Below, piece after piece: positions 55,145 to 64,000 of a stretch of 64,000 nt of DNA. Under the pieces are notes generated by a model that was given only the letters and a program-made list of their open reading frames with translations, was not told the DNA's origin and made no database searches. The position numbers and the translations under genes were made by a program. Source of the stretch: an uncultured Gammaproteobacteria bacterium (GTDB lineage: Bacteria > Patescibacteriota > Microgenomatia > Woykebacterales > RBG-16-39-9b). Numbering within the stretch: the first letter of the stretch is position 1; every line of letters begins with the position of its first letter. The stretch spans positions 576,137-640,136 of the forward strand of contig OZ246414.1 of the NCBI GenBank assembly GCA_965231125.1, read 5' to 3'.

Positions 55145-55313
55145 TATTTAAAGTATTTTACCATTCCAACCTTGTTTACAACAGAGGTTTTATTTTCGAG
55201 CCCCGATTTCGGGGCGAGAAAACGTCGGCAACCCCGACTTGGCTCGGGGAGGACGTCATTTAAATCGGGCGATTAAGATGATATAATTACGCTTAAGATA
55301 CTCATTAGTTACT

Positions 55314-56525
55314 ATGGAAAAAGAAAACTTACTACTTGAAAGAAATATTGAGTCTGTCTACCCATCCAAACAAGTTTTTTTGGAAAGGCTATCTTCTGGA
55401 AAGAAATTTAAAATTTATCTTGGGATAGACCCAACAAGCCCAGAAATCCATATTGGCCACGCAATTGCGCTGTGGAAGCTAAAACAGTTCCAAAAGTTGG
55501 GGCACGAAGTAATATTATTGGTAGGCGATTTTACTGGTATGATCGGAGATCCTACTGACAAAGACGTAATGCGAAAAAATCTAAGTCGAGGGGAGATTAT
55601 GGATAACACCCAGATGTACAGGGAGCAGGCTTCAAAAATAATAGATTTTTCGGGGGAGAATCCCGCCAAACTTGTCTTCAATAGCACTTGGCTCTCTAAA
55701 CTTTCTTTAGATAAATTGATTGAATTATCAGGAAAAATAACTGTTCAGCAACTGATTGAGCGGGATATGTTTCAGAAGAGGATCAAGGAAGGCAGACCTA
55801 TCGGCTTGAATGAATTTATTTACCCACTTCTACAAGGTTACGATAGCGTTGCGCTCGCGGTGGATGCGGAAATAGGTGGAACTGATCAAACATTTAACAT
55901 GCTCCTTGGAAGGACACTGTCGAAAACTCTCAAAAATAAAGAAAAGTTTGTTTTAACCACACCCTTACTTCCGGGCACAGACAGTAGAAAAATGAGTAAA
56001 TCCCATGCTAACATTATTGCAATAGGCGACTCTGCAAATGACATGTACGGCAAAGTAATGTCCCTGAAAGATGATTTAATCCTAATATATTTCGAGCTTT
56101 GCACCGAAATCTCCAGGAATGAGCTGGAAAATATAAAAACCGAGCTAGAAGTAAAAAAAGAAAACCCAATGGATTTGAAAAGGAAGTTGGCGTTTGCAGT
56201 AGTAAAAATTTACCACGGCGAGTCTTCAGCCAAAAAAGCCCAGGAGGAGTTTACCAGAGTTTTTCAAAAAGGAGAAAGAACTTCCGATCTCCTTTCAGCA
56301 GTACAATTCAAGTCAATCCTGCCTATCTCCTACGCCTCCCTGACAACAATTTCCGGTGGAACTGTGAGCGTATCGGAGGCCGTTAGACTGGCTGAAAACA
56401 AAGGCCTAAAAGTTGATGGCGAGCTTATTGAAGACGCAAGGAAAAATCTAGTCGATCCTACCGGAAACGAAACTATTATTGATATTGGAAAAAGGAAATC
56501 TATTAAAATAACCTGGAAGGAATAA
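55314..56525 (+). CDS. tyrS: tyrosyl-tRNA synthetase
   Basis: HIGH motif (EIHIGHAIAL), KMSKS and a C-terminal S4-like domain. Confidence 0.9.
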   Translation: MEKENLLLERNIESVYPSKQVFLERLSSGKKFKIYLGIDPTSPEIHIGHAIALWKLKQFQKLGHEVILLVGDFTGMIGDPTDKDVMRKNLSRGEIMDNTQMYREQASKIIDFSGENPAKLVFNSTWLSKLSLDKLIELSGKITVQQLIERDMFQKRIKEGRPIGLNEFIYPLLQGYDSVALAVDAEIGGTDQTFNMLLGRTLSKTLKNKEKFVLTTPLLPGTDSRKMSKSHANIIAIGDSANDMYGKVMSLKDDLILIYFELCTEISRNELENIKTELEVKKENPMDLKRKLAFAVVKIYHGESSAKKAQEEFTRVFQKGERTSDLLSAVQFKSILPISYASLTTISGGTVSVSEAVRLAENKGLKVDGELIEDARKNLVDPTGNETIIDIGKRKSIKITWKE

Positions 56526-56641
56526 TGCATGAAATTTATTAAAAAAACTAGAGTGATTTGGATAATAATCTCAATAATTGTGATTTTAAGTTTAGTAATC
56601 TACCCTTTATTTCTCGTAACAACCCTTAAATAAAAGAAGAG

Positions 56642-58651
56642 ATGGATTTAAAAACTCCAGTTAGGAATATTCCAAACATTGGAGCCTCTTTTGCCGAAAA
56701 ACTAAAAAAGTTAAATATAACAACCTTAGAAGACCTCCTTTATCATTTCCCAACTAGACATGAGATTTTTCAATACAAAAAAATTAGTAGTGTTGTGGAC
56801 CCCCAAGAAGGAATTTCTATAGAAGGAACTGTTTTGCAAATAGCCAACCTACGAACAAAGTACGGTAAAAGATTAATTATAGCCACCATAGCTGACTCCA
56901 CGGGCTCGATCGGATGCGTTTGGTTTAACCAATACTATCTTACTCGTGTTATCAAAATTGGCCAAAAAATTTCTGTGGCTGGCAAAGTAGATTTTTTCAA
57001 TGGAAAACTCACTTTTATAAATCCTGAATACGAGCTAGTTATTAATAACAACCGACCGACTCACACAAGAGGTTTGGTACCCATCTATCCGGAAACCGCC
57101 GGGTTAAGTTCCAAATGGCTGCGATCAAAAATAAAATTTCTGCTGGAAAATGTAAACTTATCTATCTATGAAGTTATCCCAAAAAATATTTTGGAAAAAT
57201 ATGCGCTACTTGGTTGGTTTAAGGCTTTAAAGGACATTCATTTTCCCGAAAATGAGATAAAAGCAGGTAGAGCGAGAAAACGATTTACCTTCGAAGAACT
57301 TTTTCTTCTGCAAACTTCTGCTCTTATTCGCCGGCAAAAATGGCAAAAAAACCGCAAAGCCAAAGCTTTACATATAGACCAGGAAAAATTACTTTATTTT
57401 GTGGGAAACCTTCCTTTTAGTTTAACTTCTTCCCAGAAAAAAGCTTTAAGAGATATTTTAAAGGATATTTCCCAAAAAACACCAATGAATCGTCTTCTAC
57501 AGGGAGATGTGGGCAGCGGCAAAACTGTAGTTGCTGCGGCTGCCGCCTATATAACTACGCTTAACGGCTCAGGGGTATTGTTAATGGCGCCTACAGAAAT
57601 ATTAGCCACTCAGCATTTTCAGACATTGCGCACTCTTCTTAACCCGCAAGAAATAGAAGTTTCTCTTGTGACAGCCACAAAAAAAGGTAAATTGAATTCT
57701 CCTGTTATAGTCGGGACGCATGCGTTAATTTTTAACAAAGATCTACCAAAAAACCTCGGTTTAGTAATAATTGACGAACAACACCGTTTCGGAGTAGAGC
57801 AACGTGTGAAATTAAGAAATAAAGGGGCTACATCTCATTTTCTTACCATGAGTGCAACTCCAATACCGCGCACAATGGCCCTTACTTTGTACGGCGACTT
57901 GGATTTGTCGATTATCGATGAGCTTCCGCTGGGCCGGAAAAAAATAAAAACATTTGTTGTGCCCATCTCTAAAAGAGACGGCGCGTACAATTTTATTGGA
58001 AAAAGTATTAATTCTGGCGGACAAATTTTTATTATCTGCCCACTTATTGAGCCTTCCGAAACACTTTCCACTGTTAAAAGTGCCAAAGCTGAATGGGAAA
58101 GACTCCAAAGGGAGGTTTTCCCACAGTTCCGGCTGGGTCTACTGCACGGTAAACTTAAACCCTCCGAAAAGGATAAAGTTTTGGGTAAATTTAAGGAAGG
58201 GGAGTTGGACATACTTGTTGCCACGCCTGTGGTGGAGGTTGGAATCGATGTTCCAAAGGCTTCAATTATTCTTATTGAAGGCGCTGAAAGATTCGGGCTT
58301 GCCCAACTTCACCAACTACGAGGACGGGTTGGAAGAGGTAGTACTCAAAGCTACTGCCTACTTTTTACTGAAAGCCAGAATAGGCAAGTTTTGGAAAGGC
58401 TTAAATTTTTGGAGAAAAACTATATAGGTCTGGAACTCGCAGAAGTCGATTTAAAATTGCGTGGGCCAGGTGAGCTCTTTGGAACGGCCCAACACGGTGT
58501 TCCAATTTTAAAACTTGCTTCCTTGACCGACACGAAACTTATCGAAGCCACAAGAACCGAGGCTGAACGTCTATTGGAAAAGGACCCAAACCTTTCTAGC
58601 AACACAAACTTGAGAAACAGAATTGAGGGGAGTAACACCGCTCCAGATTGA
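56642..58651 (+). CDS. recG: ATP-dependent DNA helicase RecG
   Basis: Wedge/OB domain, helicase motif I GDVGSGKT, motif II DEQHRFG, motif VI QLRGRVGRG. Confidence 0.85.
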   Translation: MDLKTPVRNIPNIGASFAEKLKKLNITTLEDLLYHFPTRHEIFQYKKISSVVDPQEGISIEGTVLQIANLRTKYGKRLIIATIADSTGSIGCVWFNQYYLTRVIKIGQKISVAGKVDFFNGKLTFINPEYELVINNNRPTHTRGLVPIYPETAGLSSKWLRSKIKFLLENVNLSIYEVIPKNILEKYALLGWFKALKDIHFPENEIKAGRARKRFTFEELFLLQTSALIRRQKWQKNRKAKALHIDQEKLLYFVGNLPFSLTSSQKKALRDILKDISQKTPMNRLLQGDVGSGKTVVAAAAAYITTLNGSGVLLMAPTEILATQHFQTLRTLLNPQEIEVSLVTATKKGKLNSPVIVGTHALIFNKDLPKNLGLVIIDEQHRFGVEQRVKLRNKGATSHFLTMSATPIPRTMALTLYGDLDLSIIDELPLGRKKIKTFVVPISKRDGAYNFIGKSINSGGQIFIICPLIEPSETLSTVKSAKAEWERLQREVFPQFRLGLLHGKLKPSEKDKVLGKFKEGELDILVATPVVEVGIDVPKASIILIEGAERFGLAQLHQLRGRVGRGSTQSYCLLFTESQNRQVLERLKFLEKNYIGLELAEVDLKLRGPGELFGTAQHGVPILKLASLTDTKLIEATRTEAERLLEKDPNLSSNTNLRNRIEGSNTAPD

Positions 58652-58683
58652 CACGTACAGCTTAGCCTAATATAATCACAACT

Positions 58684-58893
58684 ATGGCTGCGTTACCGAA
58701 AAAAAGACTTTCTTCCGCGCGAAGTGGAAAAAGAAGAGAAAAAATTAAATATATCGTACCTAGTCTGGTTCCGTGTAGCAATTGTAAAACACCAATCTTA
58801 CCTCACAGTGTTTGTCCTAATTGCGGAACTTATAAAGGGAGAGTTATTCTAGAACCTAGGGTTAAAACAAAGGTTTCTAAAATAGAAAAATGA
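58684..58893 (+). CDS. rpmF: 50S ribosomal protein L32 (with C-terminal extension)
   Basis: N-terminus MAALPKKRLSSARSGKRR and a CxxC...CxxC zinc ribbon. Confidence 0.7.
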   Translation: MAALPKKRLSSARSGKRREKIKYIVPSLVPCSNCKTPILPHSVCPNCGTYKGRVILEPRVKTKVSKIEK

Positions 58894-59393
58894 AGTCCAG
58901 GCAAGACCCACGTCACGAGGCCAGAAAAATAGCCCTACAAGTGCTCTTTGAGTGGAGCTACAATTCAATAGACGTTGAAGAACTACTGAAAAGAGATTTA
59001 GATATCTTACTTGAAACTTTAAACAATTTGGACAAAAAAAATACCGCGGACGGTGTGTCCAAACCACCGAAGTTAGATTTATCTCTTTTTTTAGTTAAAG
59101 GGGTAACTGACAATTTAGAGGCTCTTGATAAAATAATCCAAGAATGTGCCCCGGAATGGCCAATTGAGCAAATTGCAAAGGTAGATCTTGAAATTTTGAG
59201 ACTTGCGATTTTCGAACTTTATATTGCCAGAAACGTCCCTCCAAAAGTTTCAATTGACGAGGCCGTCGAACTTGCCAAGGAATTCGGTGGGGAAAACTCC
59301 TCCAAATTTATCAACGGAGTTTTAGGTACAGTCGTAAAAACACTAATGCCAGAAGTTTTAGAGGAAGAAGAAAAGAAAAGGAGAAAAAAATGA
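58890..59393 (+). CDS. nusB: NusB-family transcription antitermination protein
   Basis: N-terminal RHEARKIALQVLF motif and all-alpha fold. Confidence 0.65.
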   Translation: MKSRQDPRHEARKIALQVLFEWSYNSIDVEELLKRDLDILLETLNNLDKKNTADGVSKPPKLDLSLFLVKGVTDNLEALDKIIQECAPEWPIEQIAKVDLEILRLAIFELYIARNVPPKVSIDEAVELAKEFGGENSSKFINGVLGTVVKTLMPEVLEEEEKKRRKK

Positions 59394-59629
59394 GCGTATT
59401 TGAAGAAGTCAGATCTTTGATATCGGAACAGTTCGGGGTGGATGTCGAAACAATCGAAGGCACCTCTCACTTACAAGGCGATCTAAACGCAGATCCCCTC
59501 AGTATCGCTGACCTTGCCAGTAGTTTGGAAGCAAAATTCAAGATCAAGATTCCTCAGGAAGAAGTAATGAAATTTGACACTGTTTCTGATATAGTTAATT
59601 TCGTTGAGGACCAGGGAAATATTGAATAA
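59390..59629 (+). CDS. acpP: acyl carrier protein-like
   Basis: 79-aa acidic protein with a Ser in the DPLSIADL context at the expected phosphopantetheine position. Confidence 0.55.
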   Translation: MSVFEEVRSLISEQFGVDVETIEGTSHLQGDLNADPLSIADLASSLEAKFKIKIPQEEVMKFDTVSDIVNFVEDQGNIE

Positions 59630-59692
59630 ACCAATCCATTATCTTCAAAAAAAAATTACTCGGTTAATTTTTATTAACTGCCCAATTTAAAT

Positions 59693-60391
59693 ATGGACCC
59701 AGATTTATTCGAGAAAAAAATTGGGTTAAAATTTAAAGACAAAAATCTCTTAAAAAATGCTTTTATCCACCGCTCTTACTTAAATGAACATTTAGAAGAA
59801 AACCTACCAAACAACGAGCGGTTGGAGTTTTTGGGAGACTCTGTCCTCGGTTTCATCATATCAAATTATCTGTATACCAACTATCCAACAAGCCCAGAGG
59901 GAGATTTGACAAATTATCGAGCCAGCATTGTAAATGCCCGAGTTTTGTCTGCGGTAGCCCACGATCTAGGTTTAGGAAGTTTTTTACTGCTTTCGCGGGG
60001 CGAAGAAGCAACCGGAGGAAGGGCTCGTCAATATATTTTGGCAAACACTTACGAAGCCTTACTTGGATCCATCTACCTGGATGGAGGTTTGGAAGTAGCC
60101 TCAAAATTCGTTCATAAGACGCTTGTTCCTCAACTTACGGAGATTATCGAGAAGAAACTTTACCGTGATTACAAAAGCCAACTTCAAGAAATAGCCCAAG
60201 CTAAATTTAATGTAACTCCCGCTTATAAAATTATTTCCCAAAAAGGTCCAGATCATTCGAAGATATTCGAGACGGGTGTTTTTCTTAACGAAAAAATTGT
60301 TGCTAAAGGAAGTGGCGCCAGCAAACAAGCCTCAGAACAGGAAGCCGCAAAGTTTGCTCTTGAAAAATTCGATAAGTTTAGTATAAAATAG
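59693..60391 (+). CDS. rnc: ribonuclease III
   Basis: RNase III signature ERLEFLGDSVL and a C-terminal dsRBD. Confidence 0.85.
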   Translation: MDPDLFEKKIGLKFKDKNLLKNAFIHRSYLNEHLEENLPNNERLEFLGDSVLGFIISNYLYTNYPTSPEGDLTNYRASIVNARVLSAVAHDLGLGSFLLLSRGEEATGGRARQYILANTYEALLGSIYLDGGLEVASKFVHKTLVPQLTEIIEKKLYRDYKSQLQEIAQAKFNVTPAYKIISQKGPDHSKIFETGVFLNEKIVAKGSGASKQASEQEAAKFALEKFDKFSIK

Positions 60392-60397
60392 GCAACT

Positions 60398-60628
60398 ATG
60401 GTAAAAATACGACTGGCACGAGTAGGTGCAAAAAACCAACCAAAATATAGAATCGTTGCCGCTGATGAAAAATTTAAAAGAGACGGCCGTTTTCTGGAGG
60501 TTTTAGGTAGTTACGACCCAACTGCAAACCCATTTGTAGTTAAAGTGGACAAAAAAAGGGTCGAGCACTGGCTTTCTGTAGGGGCTAAACCAAGCGAGAC
60601 AGTGGCAAGGCTGTTACTTAAGACATGA
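60398..60628 (+). CDS. rpsP: 30S ribosomal protein S16
   Basis: N-terminus MVKIRLARVGAKNQPKYRIV. Confidence 0.9.
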   Translation: MVKIRLARVGAKNQPKYRIVAADEKFKRDGRFLEVLGSYDPTANPFVVKVDKKRVEHWLSVGAKPSETVARLLLKT

Positions 60629-60870
60629 AAGAGCTTCTTGAATTTATCTTAAAAAACATTGTTGAAAAAGAAGACGAGATTAAAATTAAGGATCAAAACG
60701 AATCTGATTTTGTAAAACTTAGTTTCTCGGTTGCAGGTGGCGACATGGCCAGAGTTATCGGCAAATCGGGCAAGGTTATAAAAGCTTTAAGAACACTAAC
60801 GAAAATTTATTCTCTAAAAAACAACAAGAGAATTTATCTGGAGCTAGTCGAGTCAGAAAATAGCCAATGA
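60625..60870 (+). CDS. KH-domain RNA-binding protein (YlqC/UPF0109-like)
   Basis: GxxG loop IGKSGKVIKALR. Sits between rpsP and trmD in place of rimM. Confidence 0.7.
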   Translation: MKELLEFILKNIVEKEDEIKIKDQNESDFVKLSFSVAGGDMARVIGKSGKVIKALRTLTKIYSLKNNKRIYLELVESENSQ

Positions 60871-61577
60871 AGTCTACTAAATTTGAAGTTTTCACCCTTT
60901 TCCCAGATTTTTTTAATTCTCCGTTTTCCCAAAGTATTTTAGGGAGAGCCATTACCAAAAGGCTAGTAAAAATTAATCTTCATAATATCCGAGATTTTGC
61001 ACTAGACGCTCGGAAAACTGTTGATGATGCTCCTTACGGTGGAGGAGCAGGCATGGTGTTAAAAGTAGATGTGCTGGTAAAAGCTCTCGAAAGCCTCAAG
61101 AAAAATTCTAAAAACAAACCTTTCGTGGTAGTCCTGGATCCAAAGGGAAAAATTTATAACCAAAAGCTCGCCAGAAAACTAGCAGAAAGGGACGAGATCG
61201 TCATCTTTTGCGGCCGCTATGAAGGAATTGATGAAAGATTTACAAGCTACTGGGCCAGCGAAATAGTATCGGTCGGAGATTACATCCTTTCTGGAGGAGA
61301 GCCAGCAGCATTAATAATAATTGATTCTATCGCGCGCCTTAAACAGGGAAGTTTAGGAAATAAAAATTCAGCGGGCACTGAATCATTTTCGACGGAAGGA
61401 ACGAGCCTTAACGCCGTCTTTGACTTTCCAGTATACACTAGACCAGAATCATTCCGCGGCAAAAAAGTTCCCAAAGTGTTATTAAGTGGCAACCATAAAG
61501 AAGTGGCGTCTTGGAGAAGGAAGGAGTCCTTAAGATTGCTAAGAAAACGCCGCCCCGATCTTCTGAAACCTACTTAA
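60867..61577 (+). CDS. trmD: tRNA (guanine37-N1)-methyltransferase
   Basis: N-terminus FEVFTLFPDFF with the SPOUT fold motifs. Confidence 0.85.
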   Translation: MKSTKFEVFTLFPDFFNSPFSQSILGRAITKRLVKINLHNIRDFALDARKTVDDAPYGGGAGMVLKVDVLVKALESLKKNSKNKPFVVVLDPKGKIYNQKLARKLAERDEIVIFCGRYEGIDERFTSYWASEIVSVGDYILSGGEPAALIIIDSIARLKQGSLGNKNSAGTESFSTEGTSLNAVFDFPVYTRPESFRGKKVPKVLLSGNHKEVASWRRKESLRLLRKRRPDLLKPT

Positions 61578-62343
61578 ACGGGTTTTGCACACCAACTGAA
61601 GTTTCCGGTATCTGTATATTGGTATAATCTACAAATTCGTTTATTATCTTCAGGGTTTCTTCGTTTTGGGAGGAAAGTGTTGGTAGGGGATTAGAAACAA
61701 TATCACCAGAGAGTTGTGGTACAGACCTAAACGGAGTTATTAATGAAATACTTACATCGTAGCTTCCCTTACTATTTTGAGTAAAGTTTATGTTATCCAC
61801 AAATGAAAGCCTTTTCGCCCGCTCAAGCCTAGAAAGAAACTCTTTAAACGATGAGATAGACCCCGTTAAGTTTATATCTAGAGTTAAGGAGCTGTCTGCT
61901 ACAGACACCAATGTAGTGTTTGTTGAAGGTGAGACTGTGGTTGGGGTACTTGGTACCGGCGTTGTGCTTTGCGCCGGTTTAGCTGATGCCGTTGCCACCG
62001 GCCCGGGGCTCAAAGTTATACCGTCAACTATTAGATTGGTCCCCGCCGCCAGATTCTGGATTCCCACTACCAAGGCTGCTACAGATTTATTAGATGGTAA
62101 AGCTGTCTCAACTTGAGAAAGTTGGGAATTTATATCTTGTTCATTTAAAGAATTCAAAACAGAAATTTTATCTGATAAACGCTTCAACCTCATTTTTTGA
62201 TCTTTCAACTGGCCGTTTGTATCCTTAACGTTTCTAACCAGAGGCAAAAAGGCAAAAGGGATTAACAAAATAATAGTTACAAAAATTAAAACCGGGATAA
62301 CAAAGTTTTTTGCAGAATCAAACGAAATTTTTGGAGTTTTCAT
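61570..62343 (-). CDS. pilO: type IV pilus assembly protein PilO-like
   Basis: N-terminal TM anchor, coiled coil, and a Thr/Pro-rich low-complexity region. Lies downstream of pilM and pilN on the same strand. Confidence 0.45.
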   Translation of the reverse strand: MKTPKISFDSAKNFVIPVLIFVTIILLIPFAFLPLVRNVKDTNGQLKDQKMRLKRLSDKISVLNSLNEQDINSQLSQVETALPSNKSVAALVVGIQNLAAGTNLIVDGITLSPGPVATASAKPAQSTTPVPSTPTTVSPSTNTTLVSVADSSLTLDINLTGSISSFKEFLSRLERAKRLSFVDNINFTQNSKGSYDVSISLITPFRSVPQLSGDIVSNPLPTLSSQNEETLKIINEFVDYTNIQIPETSVGVQNPFK

Positions 62344-62927
62344 TTTTCGGTAATACCTACAGGTATAAAATTCATGTTAACTGAAAAATTGTAAGGAGAA
62401 CCTTTTTCGGCGCTTAAATTATCCAAAACTACTTTGCCAAATGAACTCTCTAGGTCCTTAGAAACCAAAGTTTTCAAAAATCTAGATAAGGAAGCAGAGC
62501 CGTTAGCTGTTCCGGAAACTGCAACACTTCCATCGGATTTAACCGTGAGTTGGGTTAAACTTATTGCCCCAGACCCCTTAGCAAGCTTGGTTAAACTAGC
62601 AGCTACACTTGAGGTTGGAACCGCTCCTTTCAAAAGAACGTCAATTTCATTAAGTTTATCCACCAAACTTCTTTGCGTGATTTCTTTTGATTTTTGATTC
62701 AAAATTTGATTTTGCAAATCTTTGGCATTAGACTCTGTCCGTGAAGTAGAAGTTTTAAGGAAAAGCTGATAGGCAAAAAGTCCCACCAAAACAAGGGCTA
62801 CAAAAAGTAGGGCTGCAACCGAGGTAACTGATGCACTCCTTTTATAAACCTCTGCCCGAACGTCTTTTTGGCTGAGTTCAGGTAAAAGGTTTATATCTCT
62901 ATTTTTAGACTGATCAGGTTTTTCCAT
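62340..62927 (-). CDS. pilN: type IV pilus assembly protein PilN-like
   Basis: N-terminal NLLPE motif followed by a TM helix; overlapping operon. Confidence 0.55.
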   Translation of the reverse strand: MEKPDQSKNRDINLLPELSQKDVRAEVYKRSASVTSVAALLFVALVLVGLFAYQLFLKTSTSRTESNAKDLQNQILNQKSKEITQRSLVDKLNEIDVLLKGAVPTSSVAASLTKLAKGSGAISLTQLTVKSDGSVAVSGTANGSASLSRFLKTLVSKDLESSFGKVVLDNLSAEKGSPYNFSVNMNFIPVGITEK

Positions 62928-62929
62928 AT

Positions 62930-63970
62930 CTAAACACTTTTAAGAGCAAGTCCTACCGCAACAGCATAGGAGGTGCCTTCTTGAACTAACTTTTGGGATA
63001 CTTGTGACGGTAGAGAAATCCCTTCCCACGGGTTACCGAGTTGAACTTCAAGGCCCAAGGCTTCTGCCAAATAGAGAACAAGACCAGGCAATTTTGCTGT
63101 TCCACCAGATAAAACAACTCTTTTCACCAGAGATTCCGGGTGTTTCCCAGAGTAATAAGCAAGAGCCCGTTTAATTTCGTTTACCACCACATCAAAAACT
63201 GGCTTTATTGCCTGCATGACTTTTCCTTCAAGTTGGTTTGCGTCTAAACCGTAAGTCTTCATATATTCGGTGGCCTGATCAATCTCAAATCCCAGTTCTT
63301 GAGCAACCCCACGAGCCAGTGCAAGGCCCCCAGTAGCAATAGAACGAGTAAAACTTATTTGGTTGGCCGTGACTATGGATAAATCGGTCGTTGAAGCACC
63401 AATACTAATCACCATTGTGGTTGGACTACCATCAACCCGTTGCACTAAGGAACGCACAACTGCTGTTATTTCGGTTTCTAAAGATACTGCTACCAAACCA
63501 GCCATTTTAATTATTTTCAAATAACGCTCAATTAGGATTTTTGGGGCGGCCACAAGCAATACTTCGACCTTGGCTGTGGTAACCTTATCTTTTGGGGGTC
63601 TGGATAGTATCTGCCAATCCAGACGCACTTCCTCCATAGGTATTGGAACATACTGTTCTGCTTCCCATTGAATAGCGCTAGCAACTTCTTTGTCGGTTAA
63701 ATTTGGCAGTTCCACAACCCTTGTAAATATTTGAGATTCTGGTAATGAAGTGATTACTTTGTCAGTACTAATATGGGCTTCCTGGCGAAGTTTCTTGATA
63801 GTCTCTCCAAGCGAAAAAATCTCCTCCTCGGATTCTGGTGACCCAGATTTAACCGTTGTTGGCACCTGCCCTGCAGCAATGAAATTAGGTCGGCTTGTCT
63901 GGCCTCCTAGCTGAACCGCTTTTATGCTATGCGTACCAATATCAAGTCCAAAATGGTTTAGGGCAGGCAT
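62930..63970 (-). CDS. pilM: type IV pilus assembly protein PilM (actin-like ATPase fold)
   Basis: N-terminus HFGLDIGTHSIKAVQL with an actin/FtsA-like fold. Confidence 0.75.
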   Translation of the reverse strand: MPALNHFGLDIGTHSIKAVQLGGQTSRPNFIAAGQVPTTVKSGSPESEEEIFSLGETIKKLRQEAHISTDKVITSLPESQIFTRVVELPNLTDKEVASAIQWEAEQYVPIPMEEVRLDWQILSRPPKDKVTTAKVEVLLVAAPKILIERYLKIIKMAGLVAVSLETEITAVVRSLVQRVDGSPTTMVISIGASTTDLSIVTANQISFTRSIATGGLALARGVAQELGFEIDQATEYMKTYGLDANQLEGKVMQAIKPVFDVVVNEIKRALAYYSGKHPESLVKRVVLSGGTAKLPGLVLYLAEALGLEVQLGNPWEGISLPSQVSQKLVQEGTSYAVAVGLALKSV

Positions 63971-64000
63971 GAGTAGTAATTAAATGGTATCATAAATACT

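Noticed and set aside
55145-55313. T-box riboswitch upstream of tyrS
   Set aside because: The region is only ~170 nt with two simple hairpins. I could not identify a specifier loop, a T-box consensus (AGGGUGGNACCGCG-like) or a terminator/antiterminator pair, so a T-box is not supported.

Overview
This 64-kb window comes from an AT-rich, gene-dense bacterial genome. Its housekeeping genes are lon, clpP, yidC, thrS, pheS/pheT, tyrS, infC-rpmI-rplT, rpsP-KH-trmD, rnc, recG, nusB, acpP, rpmF, a class A PBP and pilM/N/O. It also carries a MurT/GatD-like pair, a DegT aminotransferase with a FemAB-like transferase, a glycosyltransferase/GH130 cluster, many small hypothetical proteins and one giant tandem-repeat surface protein. 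This content fits a reduced-genome Gram-positive-like or Patescibacteria/CPR-type organism (inference, not a database result).

I identified 18 tRNA genes or tRNA-like pieces by hand-folding. They include a Gly-Arg-His cluster and a dense minus-strand array (Gln, Phe, Val, Leu, Leu). In that array a second tRNA-like gene appears split into 5' and 3' halves around an intact tRNA-Val.

The most unusual part is an accessory island at about 20-31 kb carrying two large serine recombinase genes. Each recombinase gene has a 3' end that runs into a tRNA gene on the opposite strand (tRNA-Leu(TAA) and tRNA-Gln(TTG)). The second recombinase sits in a mosaic of three copies of a GC-rich, hairpin-dense repeat. 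One copy has only the A half, one has the full B+A unit inverted, and one has only the B half fused to the tRNA-Gln 3' end. These repeats bracket a 3-gene cassette of unknown function that has its own promoter; one of its proteins looks PD-(D/E)xK nuclease-like. I read this as a candidate serine-recombinase integrative or invertible element with a possible defence-like cargo.

Other noteworthy items are listed below.
- An RHH-PIN toxin-antitoxin pair next to the Gly-Arg-His tRNA cluster, flanked by an exact 17-mer direct repeat.
- Several families of short intergenic repeats.
- Putative attenuator or riboswitch-like leaders, three of them with clear sigma70-like promoters.
- An infC gene that appears to start at AUU.
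- GC-richer patches of unknown origin.

No CRISPR array and no rRNA were found.
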